Assembly (NCBI RefSeq): GCF_009914755.1
Contig: NC_060926.1
Length of the DNA: 64,000 bases
Strand: one strand, 5' to 3'
Origin: the human T2T-CHM13v2.0 reference genome, Homo sapiens
The first letter of the stretch is position 1; each line of letters begins with the position of its first letter. Made by a program: the position numbers and the translations under genes. Below are positions 41,240 through 54,346 of this stretch, piece by piece. A model generated the notes under the pieces. It did no database searches, was not told the origin of the DNA, and saw only the letters and a list, made by a program, of their open reading frames with translations.

Positions 41240-42099
41240 TTTGTATTTGGCAGTCACACGGGTGTTAAATATTGCCCTGCCAAGAGTCAAGTGTGGCGAG
41301 CCTGCTTCTGCAGTTTTTGCTCTTATTTAAATTGGTGGAAGTTTGCATTGAACAAAAAAATTTGAATTGTGATACTTTAGTTTTAAAAAAACACCAAAGT
41401 CAACCCTGGAATTAGATTTGAATTAAGAGTCCCTTATAACCTGCAGCTGAATCAATGGTTGATGCAGTGATTTTATACCATCTTGTAGTGCTTTTCAAAA
41501 TACTACCAGTTGGCCAAAATGTGAGCAGGATATCGATGCGTTAAGTTTTTATCAAAGAAATGGTGGATGACCTCACTTAATCATCTAAGGCCTGTCCAAA
41601 AAATTAAAAAGCTGTAAATTTAAAATTGTTTTCACAAGACAGCTATGAAGCAATAGTCACAATATATATATACACACACATAAAACCTTAGAAAATGCAG
41701 CCATATTTTTTTCTTATGTAAAGTTTATTTATAACATATATTTAATATTTTAAAATTATATATTTCATATAGTAGCACATTTTTATAAATATATCATTTA
41801 TAAAATATAAACAACTTGTATGTAAAAATGTATAAAATCAATAACTCTGTGTAGTCGGTTGATAGCAGACTTCTGTACATTCTCAGTATGTAATTTGCTG
41901 TAGTTAAGAATGAGCACTGTTCACAGTTCTTAGAGAGGCCCTGTGTTCCCATCCCATTGGCCTGCTCCTTGACATGGGAGTGGAAGATATCCAGAGGTTA
42001 GTGGGAAGCTGGGAATGACTCCTTCAAAGAAGGTAGGACAGTTTTAGTTCTCAAGAGTGAAATGGCACATATGCTTCATTTCTGTTTCACTTAATCCTA

Positions 42100-43295
42100 C
42101 CACGTACCTGAGGAAGTCTCAAAGGCATCTTTAACTTCTGAGTTCTTTGTTCAAAACCAATCTTTTGATCCCCTACTTGCCAACTAAGCCTGTGCCTCTT
42201 GCTGTTCCTGTTGTTGTAGGGGCCACTCCATTCAATCAGTTGCTTCAGTCAGAAACCCAGGGTCACCTTTGGTGCCTCATTCCTTCACTGCACTCCCCCC
42301 GACCCATATGGCTTAGCCCTATCCATTCATCTCCAAAATATTTTCCAAACTCATCCCCTTCTCCCAACTCTATTGCCATAGCTTCCCCATTTCTCATTCT
42401 CCTCCATTCATTCTGGGTTTTTTTGTTTCTTTGTTTGTTTTGAGACGGAGTCTTGCTCTGTCGCCCAGGCTGGAGTGCAATGGCTCAGTCTCGGCTCACT
42501 GCAATCTCCGCCTCCAGGTTCAAGCGATTCTCCTGCCTCAGCCTCCTGAGTAGCTGGGATTACAGGTGCCTGCCACCACACCCAGCTGATTTTTGTATTT
42601 TTAGTAGAGATGGGGTTTCACTATGTTGGCCAGGCTGGTCTTGAACTCCTGATCTCGTGATCCGCCTGCCTCAGCCTCCCAAAGTGTTGGGATTACAGGC
42701 GTGAGCCAACACGCCTGGCCCATTCATTGTTTTAAAAACACAAATCTGATCCTTTTTCTGCTCTGTTTAAAGTCTTTCACCATCTCCCATTGTAGTTAAA
42801 GAAAAAAAAATCCTTTATTGGCTGTAAATTATCTGTCTCCTGCCTACACCTACCACCACCTCATTTCATGCCCTCCTTTGCCTTACACACTGCTCAAACT
42901 CCGCTGGTCTGGTTTAAATTCCTGGCACACCCAGTCCCTTCTTGCCTCAGAGCCTTTGCACATGCTACTCCCTCTGTCTGGAGTGTCCCCTCCTCCTTGC
43001 CCTTCAGACTTTGCTTCACTGTCACTTCCTCTGAGAAGCCTTCTCCTCCCCTAGAACTACTATAACTTAGGTCCTCCTCTCTTATTTTTTCTCCTAATAC
43101 CATGTTCTTTTTCTTCTCACATTTAATATTTGTAATCATAGGCTTAGCTATTTATTTAATACTTTAATCCATCTCTCCTATTAGACCTTAAGTCCATGAC
43201 ACAAAACAAGTCTTTTGGTTTAACACCATACCCCCAGTTCTTAGCACTGTGTCTGGCACATATTAGGGATTCAGTATATATTTGCATGAATGAAT
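42100..43295 (+). mobile_element. L2 3' region split by an Alu
   Basis: GCCTCAGAGCCTTTGCACATGCT...CTTAGCACTGTGTCTGGCACATA...ATGAATGAAT terminus. Confidence 0.8.
42418..42720 (-). mobile_element. AluS (Sg/Sc-like)
   Basis: Antisense dimer; CATTCATT duplicated at 42405 and 42721. Confidence 0.93.
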
Positions 43296-44419
43296 CATTG
43301 AATGTCTTTATAAAAAGGGAATAATATCATATTCCTGATTTTTCCCCCTTGGTTCTTAAAGATAGTAGGTAGCCTTCTCAACTGGAAGGCATTTGATAGA
43401 TATGCTTTTATAGTTTTATATGATTCTGAATATCCTGGCATTTGCTATGCAGAGGGAGACTACTGCTTATGCTTATTTCATGGTTTCTGACACTTGGTTA
43501 ACAATTTAATTTGAAATCACTACTGAGACTTCCTTCAAATGGAAAAAAGCACTTACCTAGGTTGTTTAAAATGTATGAGCGAGCCCTACTGTACTGTACA
43601 GAACAGCAAAAATAATTTCCTGCTTTGGTAATGGGAAAAATATTTTCTCCACATGTGTTACTTTCCCCCAACAATGTGCTAAGTTACAGATGGTATATTA
43701 TCTCCGTAATAAAAAGATTTTGATTGAATGGTAAGTGAGGCTGTAGCAGCCATATTAAAATGTACTTTTCCAGCATATGCTCCGTTTCAGGGGTAATAAG
43801 GATGCAAATGTAAAATGACACGATGGATTATACTGCAGCAACTTCTTACTCGATGATTTGACAGAACTCAAGCGTGTCTTTCGTTGATAGTGGGTTTCCA
43901 CCACATCAGAGCTGTATGAGGAATGCCTGCCTCCTCACTCAGCCTGGATGTGCTGGTTGATTTTCACTAGATGCTTTCTCTAGACCCAGTGGCCAAAAGC
44001 TCTTGGAACATGATTTCTTACTGTTCTTAATTTTTTAAAAAAATCATTGACTTATGGCAATGATTGGCAACCTTTTCATAATTGCACTTCTGCTCATTTG
44101 AAAATGCTGTGACAATGTATGTATAGTTGAATTCTGTTGTTTGCTAGGAGCCTTACTAAAAATTCATGCTGGAAACCTACCCCAGGTTCAAGTATGATGT
44201 TTTCACTGTGTAGTGGTATAGGACATAGAAAGAATTCAGCCACACACCCTTCATTAAGAGGAGGCTGGTGCTTATTCCAAGTCAGTGTGTGTTAAACAAT
44301 CTGAGTACAAAATACTATGTTAGACCCAGTGTGGGATGCACCACAGATTGAACAAATGCTACCTGTAGTGGGAAACAAGTATACGTGGGATAACTAGATA
44401 CCAATCCAGTAACTTAATG

Positions 44420-44650
44420 CTGTGTTGACTTCAGGGTACATCCACATATAACATGTCATCTGATCCTCACAACAAGCCTTTGGAGCAGCTTGGGGAGGAG
44501 GGGGTCTGGCATTGTTATAGCTCATTCACTGCTGGGGAAACTGAGCTTCAGATGACTTATGACATGTTCAAGGGTGTACAGCTGGGAAGTGGCAGAACTG
44601 GCATGCAGAGCCATGTCTTAGACTCTAAGCCCCCAGCCCTAAATTCCATA
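44420..44650 (-). mobile_element. MIR
   Basis: TGATCCTCACAACAAGCC...GGGGAAACTGAGCTTCAG...AAGTGGCAGAACTGG. Confidence 0.7.
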
Positions 44651-44799
44651 GTACATCCTATAGGAATTCGGGGAAGGGAAAGGCTGATGTTTGTGTGCCC
44701 TGGATGGTGGCTTAAGAGTATTCTACACACAGGCCCTGCACTCCCTGCTCTTGTAGTTCTGTAAAAGACCCCGGAAGCTGACCTGGTAGCCTCCATCTG

Positions 44800-45733
44800 G
44801 TCCCTGGCCCTTTCCTCTCTCACTCCATCAGTTACATCCTCTTGTCAGTGTTTGACCTTACCACCTGCTCTCACCTATCTCCACTCCCATATTTTCCCTT
44901 GATCCCACTTCTCTTTCATGTCACCATTCTCTGTCTTCTTTCTCTTTTTTCACTGCGAGAGTATTAGCTGTTTCTCCTTTATGAAGGCCGTTCAATCCTT
45001 AACCTGAAACTGCATCAGTAAGATCACCAGGGCTATCTGAGTTCCCGTTTTCCACTCCTCACTCTACGTGGTCTCCATGCAGTCTCTGACTATGGACCAG
45101 CCACCATTTCCTGAGCATCTCCTCCTGTGGCTCTGGGCACCTTCTCCTGTGGCTGCACTCTTTCTGCTTCTGTGACTTCCAGTGCCCTTCCTCCACTCCT
45201 ACTCCTTCAGCATTGAAGTTGCTTTATGGCCTGGTGTGAGAACTGAGTTACCAGGGGCCATCTCTCCATGTCCAGTAGCTACCTGGATCATCAAGAAGGT
45301 GATTACTCCCCAAATCTTCAGTTCCCCTTTCTCCTGAGGTTACGGTCTAGCTATATCATATTGTACCATGCCCAAAATAAAGCTGAAATCCTTTCCATCT
45401 ATTAATGGAATCATTCTCCAGTTTCCCAAAATAAAAACCTTGGTGTCTTCTTCATATAAGGTCATCAGGAAACCTTGATGCATTTATCTCAGAATTATTT
45501 ACTGTGGCCTCATAATTAGCCTTCCTTTTGGTCTCACTCCACTCCAGAAAGTCTTCCATTCTGCTTCTAGAGTTACCTTCCTCTCAATTTAGTTTGATTC
45601 TATCACTGTCCTGATTAAAGGCCCCTGACTCTGCACTTGCCTTCGTCACAGGGACAGAGCCACGTCTCTTCACAATCACTAGCAGCTGTGCCTTGCATGC
45701 AGTAGACTTGAAATTGTTTTTGAATGAATGAAT
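44800..45733 (+). mobile_element. L2 fragments
   Basis: GATTACTCCCAAATCTT..., ATTAATGGAATCA...; ends TTGAATGAATGAAT. Confidence 0.55.
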
Positions 45734-45839
45734 CTGGTTCCAACCTCCCTTGGAACTTCATCTCCCTGTAACCTGCCCCTCCCCCCCCCCATGTTATTGT
45801 GTACTCAACTTCTCACCATTTCCCAAATGCCTTAAGCTT

Positions 45840-46835
45840 TTTAATAATTTCCTGCTTTTGTTGTTTTTCTTCTTTTCTTCTGTATTCCTTATTAAATTTC
45901 AACTGGAATCGATGTTCTCTTGGGCACCTTATAACTTACTGCTCAGCTCTGAAGAAGAAATGATTTTGTCTATTTGTTTTGTTTTGTTTGTTGTATTCAA
46001 TCAACTCTCATTGCATTTCTTCCTTTTGTGGTGTTGTCCATTTCTGTTCTTAATTTTTGTATTTCTGATTCTAGGTGGTTTTTTCTAAATTCTCCAAAAT
46101 GCTTGTGTGAGGATATTTAATTCAGTTTGGAGTGTTGTGTTAGAATTTCTCTTTGCTTCATGGTTTCTTGGCAGGGAGAGTTTTCAGCAGCTGTTTGGTT
46201 TCGTTCTGATGTGTTTCTATTCCTAGGCATGTCATGGGCACTCTTCTTGGTTTAGGAGCTCTCATGTCTGGTGGCCCAGGACAGTGCTGGTGGATGGTGA
46301 GGGTCTGGCATGTCTTGCTTCTCTTTCACTGTGCAGTGTTTTCAATTTCTCCTTCTTCCTTCACTGCCACAACAGCACCCCTCCTCTGTAGCTTTTTCTC
46401 TTCCAGAAGTAGCACCTCTCCAAAGCCTCCAGACTCCCTCATCTTTGGGCCTTTCCCTACTTGTAGCTGGTCCTGAGAACTGCAAGCTCTTGGGCCTGTG
46501 TTTGAAATGTGGGCATTTAGTGCGGCACTTTCCTTGGGGAGTATTTTGTCTGTGTTCTGTCAAATCCTCTCCATGCCCCTGTTTCCCTTTCAGTTTCCCT
46601 GCTCCTTATACCTCACAGGTTTGTAGCAGCAGCAGGGGCTCTGTTGGAAATTAGTGTTTATTTCTCTACTTATAGGTAATTTGAAGTTTGTGGTATTCTC
46701 TGTCCCTAAGAATGCTGAACAGCTTGAGTCTTTTGAAGATACTTGCCCTCTTCTTGATTATGTGGTCTTTTGGGAAGGATGTATAAAGAGTTTTGGATCC
46801 ATGTGGCTGCCATTGTCCTTCAAACTGAAAGCTCC
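45840..46835 (-). mobile_element. HAL1 / old L1 5' relic
   Basis: T-rich antisense L1-like sequence ending GGCTGCCATTGTCCTTCAAACTGAAAG. Confidence 0.5.
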
Positions 46836-46940
46836 TACAAGGAAAGTTATATTCTCCCTACTTGTAGATACAAAACGAAGATTCAGAAAGGCTAAATGAC
46901 TTGACCAAGATGGCACAGATACTAAGTACCAGAATATAAG
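46836..46940 (-). mobile_element. MIR fragment
   Basis: GATTCAGAAAGGCTAAATGACTTGACCAAGATGGCACAG. Confidence 0.65.
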
Positions 46941-47512
46941 AAGACCATATTCTTTTTTGTATATCTGTGAGAAAGTTTAGTCCCATCTTATGAAGTTTAC
47001 TTATAGCGGAGGGACAATGTAAGTTTCCCTGATACATTTTTAAAGTATTGTAGGGAAGTGAAGGTGCTCTAAAAATGTTTAATAATTTGTTTAAAAAATA
47101 AAATTTCAGATTTGGTTGTGGATATGATGGTATATGAATATTTACAAACTTAAAAGTTTGTATGGCTTTATCTTTTCACAGTGAAATGACAGTTTTTTTC
47201 CTGTGATTTTTTTTTCTTGATGCATATTGTTGAAATCAATGAAAAACAAACAAACATATAATCCAATTTGTAACCCTGATGTTAGTTGTTTTGGGGTTAG
47301 GAAAGGACAGCTGGTGGAAAACATGGATCTGTTTTATTAAGGAAGGACTAGGGAATATTGTTCTTCATGTATGCAAAAGTGTCTGGTTCCTTTTGCTGTG
47401 AGGCTGAGGATGGAGATGTTTCTATTGAGTCTTCCATCTCAGTGTTGCTCCTGACCTTTTTGTTTGGGGATTTGAGGATTGCCAGTATTAGGTGTTTTAG
47501 AGGAAGAGATGA

Positions 47513-48300
<788 letters not shown>

Positions 48301-48329
48301 TTGTCATTTTTTTCTGTTTAGAGGGAATA

Positions 48330-49725
48330 ATAGAATAAAATGTACAGAAACCTTTTTCTGTCTATTTGCTTTGCTTCAGCTTTTCATCTTTGCTTTGCGT
48401 TTAAGGTACTCTCTATGTAGGCTCATTTCTTGATGCACTCAGTATTTCTCCTTTAAGGCTCATTTCTGCATCAATCCCTCTACTTTCTACAACCTTGGTT
48501 GTTATCAATATGCTGTTGGCACCCAGAGACTGACTTTCGAGCCAATTTATAAGTAAATCTCCAGTTGCTATTATAAAATCCCTAACTAGAAGTGTTTTTT
48601 TTTTTTTTTTTGGAATCTTATATTAGCATACTCAAATCCTGAACATTTTTCATCCTTCCCACTTCCAGTAGGAGAGAGTTCTGAAACAAGTTACCTAATT
48701 GCCTACTAGACATCTTTGTTAAGGTCACCAATAGACATTTCAAACTTTAAGTACACAATAACACTAACAATACCCGCTAATATTTTACTGAGATTACTGC
48801 ATGCCAGCAACCGTATAGGTTCTACCATAGTTCCCACTTCACAGATGATGGAAACAGTGGCACAGATGCTAACACAGAAGTTAGTAAATCTGACTGTCCT
48901 TCTAACAGCTATGCTGATGCCGTTTGGTTTCCAAGACTGAATTCTTGATGCTTCATCCTGTAGCATCTTCCTAAGTATTTCTTATCTTAGTAAATGGTAC
49001 ACTATTTACCTAGGAGCTCCAGAAAATTAGGAGATATTTTTGGTACCTCCTTCTCTCTCATTTGCCAATATTTTTGCTGATTCTATCTTTCAAATATATC
49101 TTGGATAATGTCACTGTTCTCTATCCCAGACCAGGCCAGCATCTCCTGCCTCAAAACTCCTGCCCTAAGTTTCTGCTCTTGCTCCTTAGGCCCAGTCCTC
49201 ACATGATCATCTTTTAAAAATGCAGCTCTAATCTTTCACTCCCCTTTCCTAAGCCTGCCAGTGACTTCCCATTGTACGTAGAAGGAAATAAAAATCAGCA
49301 CTTTGACAAAGGCGGCTGCTTGCCTTCCCAGCCTTACTTTTACCTTTCTTGATTGACAAGGCCCCACTTCCCTTCCTCAGGGCTTCTGCACCGGCTGTTC
49401 CTCCTGCCTGAAACACTCCTGGGCTCCATTCTCCAACTGAACGACTTCTGCTCCTCCTCCTGGTCTCATTTTAAATGTCACTTCCACAAAGCAGAAGCCG
49501 TCTCATATCGTGCACTATAAATGAGGACTTCCCTTTGTATTCTCACAGATCCTGCTCTGTACCTTCATGGTGCTGAACCCAACTTGTAATCTTAGTTAGA
49601 TTTGTGTCATTATTGATCTCATACCTCCCCACCATTAACCTGTCAGGCTGGTGCTGTGTCTTATCTTATGCACCCTTGAACCTCAACTCTAAGCCCATGG
49701 TAGACATTCATCAAATATTGGAATA
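48330..49725 (+). mobile_element. L2 relic containing an antisense MIR (about 48755-48960)
   Basis: CAGGGCTTCTGCACCGGCTGTTCCTCCTGCCTGAAACACTC, TTAAATGTCACTTCC; MIR core CCCACTTCACAGATGATGGAAAC. Confidence 0.65.
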
Positions 49726-50949
49726 AAAAAAAAAAAAGAAAAGAAAGTGTAAACATATTTTTCTGGTTGCACCTGGATGTGAGATGAGCTGGATGTTTCT
49801 TTTCCTGTCCAGAAGAGTGAGTGTGTATTTGATTCTCTGTGTTTGTCCAGTAGGAGCCTAAGGCCTTCAGGCATGGGAGCCACCTTTAGCCTAACAAGGG
49901 AGTGTGGTCCCAGAGAGCAGAAGGGGGATCCATGCTGGAGGAGTAAGAATCAAAGGAGGGTAGGAAGAGCCAGATTCCTGCTCTTGTTCTGGTCAGAGAG
50001 CCCACAGTGATCCCTAATCAGGACTGAAGCCTTGCATTAGACTCAGTTCTTAAAAAGTTTTCATTCGGTAAGCCGTCTACTCTGTCAGTATTATAAAGTC
50101 AGACTTAGCAACGGTTACTATGGTTCTTTTTTTTTTTTTTCCTTCCCGCTCCTCTCAACTAGAAGAATATCAGTGTTTAATTTTCTGTGGCATAAAATTT
50201 CATTAACTGTGAGTGTGCCATTTCTGCTTGCAAGGGGTTTCCATGGGAGCAGAAATAAAATGACAAGGGGCCCTTCATGCTTGATTACTGTAGAAGGGAC
50301 AGTATTCACCAAGAGCCTCTCAGAAACTATAATATGTCATTCTGGCAATCTAATCTCTCCTCCAAGGCACCTGTGTTAGGGATCTTTTAAGGCTCACAGA
50401 AGTTTTAGTTTTGAAGGCAGTTGTTCTTTCTGATCACGCACTCTTCCTGCCTAAAGCAGTGAAGCCACAGAAGTACTATGTTGATTTAAATTCTAAATTC
50501 CTATAACAGTGACAGTTACCTCATAGGCACTGGCGCCAAATGGAGACAATTTCCTTTTTGCTGCTCTACTGCATTTTCATCAGACTACAAATGATGGTGG
50601 CAGCAGCAATCCTGCGCATGTGCTTGTCATTGTGTAATTTTCCCTTTTGAAATGCTGGATTCCCAGCAGAAAGAAATATGCTTTCTTGTATTTTCATGCT
50701 TGTATGTTTATTCTTTGGATTCTTAAGGACACCTGAGGCTGAAGAGTGATGTTCTTTTAAAACTACAGTTAGACGTATGAGCTGCTACACCAAAAATGCT
50801 CTCTGAGCACTTGGAGATGGCACGGGCTGAGTAGTAGATTGCTAGTTCTTGGGTTGGAAACCACCATTCATTTTCTTAAATTGTTGCCAAAAAGGTATAA
50901 AAACTTGAATGTTATCGTTTCATTTCTCCTTCTTAAAAATGGTATAATT

Positions 50950-51044
50950 GTTAGTATTGTTACTAACATTAATGTTACTAATGTTAATGTTAGTACTCTT
51001 ACTAACATTAATGTTACTAATGTTAATATTAGTACTGTTACTAA
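50950..51044. repeat. 39-bp AT-rich palindromic minisatellite, about 2.4 copies
   Basis: GTTAGTA(TTG/CTC)TTACTAACATTAATGTTACTAATGTTAAT units at 50950, 50989 and 51028 (partial). Confidence 0.92.
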
Positions 51045-51059
51045 TCTTTGTAGTTACAG

Positions 51060-51275
51060 CAGGGATTGGCAAATTTTCTCTGTAAAGGGCCAGGTTATAA
51101 ATATTTGAGGGTTGATTGGCCATACCTTCTGTTGCCAACTACTCAATTCTGCCATTATAGTTCAAAAGCAGCGGTAGACAAAATGTAAATAAGTGGGCAT
51201 GCTGTATTCCAATAAAACTTTTATTGTAAAATAAGCAGAGGGCTGGATTTGGCCCACAGACCATATTTTGTGGCC
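51060..51275. mobile_element. MER58A
   Basis: CAGGGATTGGCAAATTTTCTCTGTAAAGGGCCAG...TTCCAATAAAACTTT...GGATTTGGCCCACAG. Confidence 0.88.
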
Positions 51276-51784
51276 ATAATTAGCATAATTGCCCAAACCA
51301 AAACATTTAAACCGGGGAAGATGAATTGGGTAAAACAAAAAAAATAGGAGACTTTCTCATATGGTCAGGGTTCAAACTCAGATTTTGCAGAGGAGGTCAG
51401 TGGTCTTTGTTAAACATATATGATTGTATCAGATGCTGATCTACATCACAGATAACAAGATTAGCTTACTTGAGGCCACTAGGATAAAACCAAATTTAGA
51501 TAGGCAGATAGATGTAAATCCTTACAATTAATGCTAATACTTCTAGACTGTCTTTGGTCAGCATGAGTTAGATGTCTGCTGTTCTTTCCTTCCTGGCTTG
51601 ATGAAATAACTTCATGATACAACCCCATTTTAGAATTATTTGGGATCTTCCACTAAAATAGTATGATCTTTTGGCAAGTAATACGTTAGGGATCACTACA
51701 TGTAGTCATGGCTCCTGGTGTGGTTGGTATAAGGGACCACTGTTTTCTCTGCCGCTCTTGGACATCCCCTACAGAGTGGACTAG

Positions 51785-52126
<342 letters not shown>

Positions 52127-52579
52127 TAAACCACTGTATATGAGCAGAAGTCATCACTGTTGTGAGAAAATAGTCTTCAGGAATTGCTTTTGAAGGAGAA
52201 ATAGAAATGGATAAGTTGAGTTGATCTTCTATGAGGAAACCTCTTCCAGTAGACATGAGAATTTTAGATATTGACTATTAAATTTGGTATGGGTAATGCC
52301 TTGTTAATAATTCAGTGATTTAATGGAATTTTACATCTGGTCCAACTGGTTCCATTTGACAGTTGGGGAAATGGTTCTTATCCTAGTAATATCATTATGC
52401 TCATTCTCATATTTTGCTGTAGTATCCACATGCAATATATTCTTAATGAATAAACTCAGGGCCAGCAAGTCAAAAGTGAATATAACAATATGCTTTTTAT
52501 GTGCATGTTGATTTTACCTATCATTGTAGTGGAGTTGGGAGTTTGAGTTGCCCAGTTTTGCAAATAAAATACTGGACAC

Positions 52580-53291
52580 TGCTAGGGATTGAATGTTTGA
52601 CCCCTCTAAAACTCATGTTGAAATTTAATCCCCAATGTGGCAGTATGGAGAGGTGGGGCCTTTAAGAGGTGATTGAGTCATGAGGGCTCTGCCCTCCTGA
52701 GTGGGTTAATGGATTAATGTGTTATCATGGCAATAGGACTGATGGCTTTATAAAGAAGAGAGACCTGAGGAAGCACATGCAGCTCCCTTGCTGTGTAATG
52801 CTCTGTGCCACCTCAGGACTCTGCAGAGAGTCCCCACCAGCAAGAAGGCCCTCACCAGATGCAGCCTGTTGACCTGGACTTCTCAGTCTCTGTAAATGTA
52901 AGAAATAAATTCCTTTGGCCGGGTATGGTGGCTTATGCCTGTAATCCCAACACTTTGGGAGGCCGAGGTGGGCGGATCACGAGGTCAGGAGTTCGAGACC
53001 AGCCTGGCCAACATAATGAAACGCCGTTTCTACTAAAAATACAAAAAATTAGCCAGGCGTGGTGGTAGGCACCTGTAATCCCAGCTACTCAGGAGGCTGA
53101 GGCAGGAGAATCACTTGAACCCGAGAGGCGGAGGTTGCAGTGAGCTGAGATCATGGCATTGCACTCCAGCCTGGGTGACAGTCTGAGATTCTGTCTCAAA
53201 AAAAAAAAAAAGAAAGAAAGAAATTCCTTTTCCTTATAAATTACCCAATTTCAGATATTCTGTTATGAGCAACAGAAAGCAGACTAAGACA
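52580..53291 (+). mobile_element. MSTB/C-like MaLR solo LTR
   Basis: TG...CA ends, GAGTCCCCACCAGCAAGAAGGCCCTCACCAGATGC; perfect 5-bp TSD GACAC (52575-52579, 53292-53296). Confidence 0.88.
52917..53213 (+). mobile_element. AluSg-like nested in the MST LTR
   Basis: GGATCACGAGGTCAGGAGTTCG; TSD AAGAAA(T/G)AAATTCCTTT. Confidence 0.94.
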
Positions 53292-53653
53292 GACACCAGG
53301 TTAAATCTGAATGTCAGAAAAGGAATTATTTAGTATTACAATGTTTGAAATGTATACTAAAAAATGACTATTTATTTGACATTCAAATTTAGCTAGATGT
53401 CCTGTATTTTGTTTGGCACCCCTTCTGGGGGCACACAAGATGAAAATTGAGAAAGACAGGCTAGTGGTGGCCACTAGAATGTACTAGTTTCCAAATCCTA
53501 GCACCCAGCTGGAGAACTTACTTAAAATGCCAGGGAGTAGGTAGTGGTATTTTTAAACAGTGCCCCGAAGTGACTGTGAAAAGTTCTGGGGCCTGTTGTT
53601 TTATACTGCTCACTCACTGGTGCTTTCTGAAACAGAAATTCTCAAGGAGGTAG

Positions 53654-54346
53654 TGTATTTAGTCTGTTCTCATGATGCTACATACCCAAGACTGGGTAAT
53701 TTATAAAGGAAAGAGGTTTAATGGACTCACAGTTTCACATGGCTGGGGAGGCCTCACAATCATGGCGGAAGGTGATTGAGCAGCAAAGTCACGTCTTACA
53801 GGGTGGCAGGCAAGAGAGGATGTGCAGTCCAGGAGCGGTGGCTCAGGCCTGTAATCCTAGCGCTTTGGGAGGCCAAGGTGGGCAGATCACCTGAGGTCAG
53901 GAGTTCAAGACCAGCTAGGCCAGCATGGCAAAACCCCATCTCTACTAAAAATACAAAAATTAGCTGGGCGTGGTAGCACATGCCTGTAGTCCCAGCTACT
54001 TGGGAGGCTGAGGCAGGAGAATTGCTTGAACCTGGGAGGCAGAAGTTGCATCAAGCTGAGATTGTGGCACTGCACTCCAGCCTGGCCACGCAACAGGGCG
54101 AGACTCCGTCTCAAAAACAAAAAACAAAAAACAAACAAAAACAAAAACAGAGCGTGTGCAGGGGAACTGCCCTTTTATAAAACCATCAGTTCTTGTAAGA
54201 CTTCTTCACTATCACGAGAACAGCATGGGAAAAACGCTCCCCAGGGATTCAGTTACCTGCCACTGGGTCTCTCCCATGACACATGGGGATTATGGGAGTT
54301 ACAATTCAAGATGAGATTTGGGTGGGGACACAGCCAAACCATATCA
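53654..54346 (-). mobile_element. THE1B/C MaLR solo LTR split by an Alu
   Basis: ACAATTCAAGATGAGATTTGGGTGGGGACACAGCCAAACCATATCA; TSD GGTAG/GATAG. Confidence 0.9.
53827..54147 (+). mobile_element. AluS nested in THE1
   Basis: Full dimer with (AAAAC)n tail; TGTGCA duplicated on both sides. Confidence 0.93.

Larger units (their letters stand above)
52545..53422. mobile_element. MER53 hAT MITE interrupted by an MST LTR
   Basis: GTTGCCCAGTTTTGCAAATAAAATACTGGACAC...ATTCAAATTTAGCTAGATGTCCTGTATTTTGTTTGGCACCC. Confidence 0.75.

Noticed and set aside
41171-41365. ORF after a polypyrimidine tract and CAG as a coding exon
   Set aside because: No good downstream donor and no recognisable protein; better explained as a regulatory motif cluster.
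53739-53751. PRDM9 hotspot 13-mer and DUX4 site in the THE1 LTRs
   Set aside because: The minus strand reads CCTCCCCAGCCAT, not CCTCCCTNNCCAC; the THE1A copy is more decayed, and the DUX4-type TAAYYYAATCA position is mutated in both.
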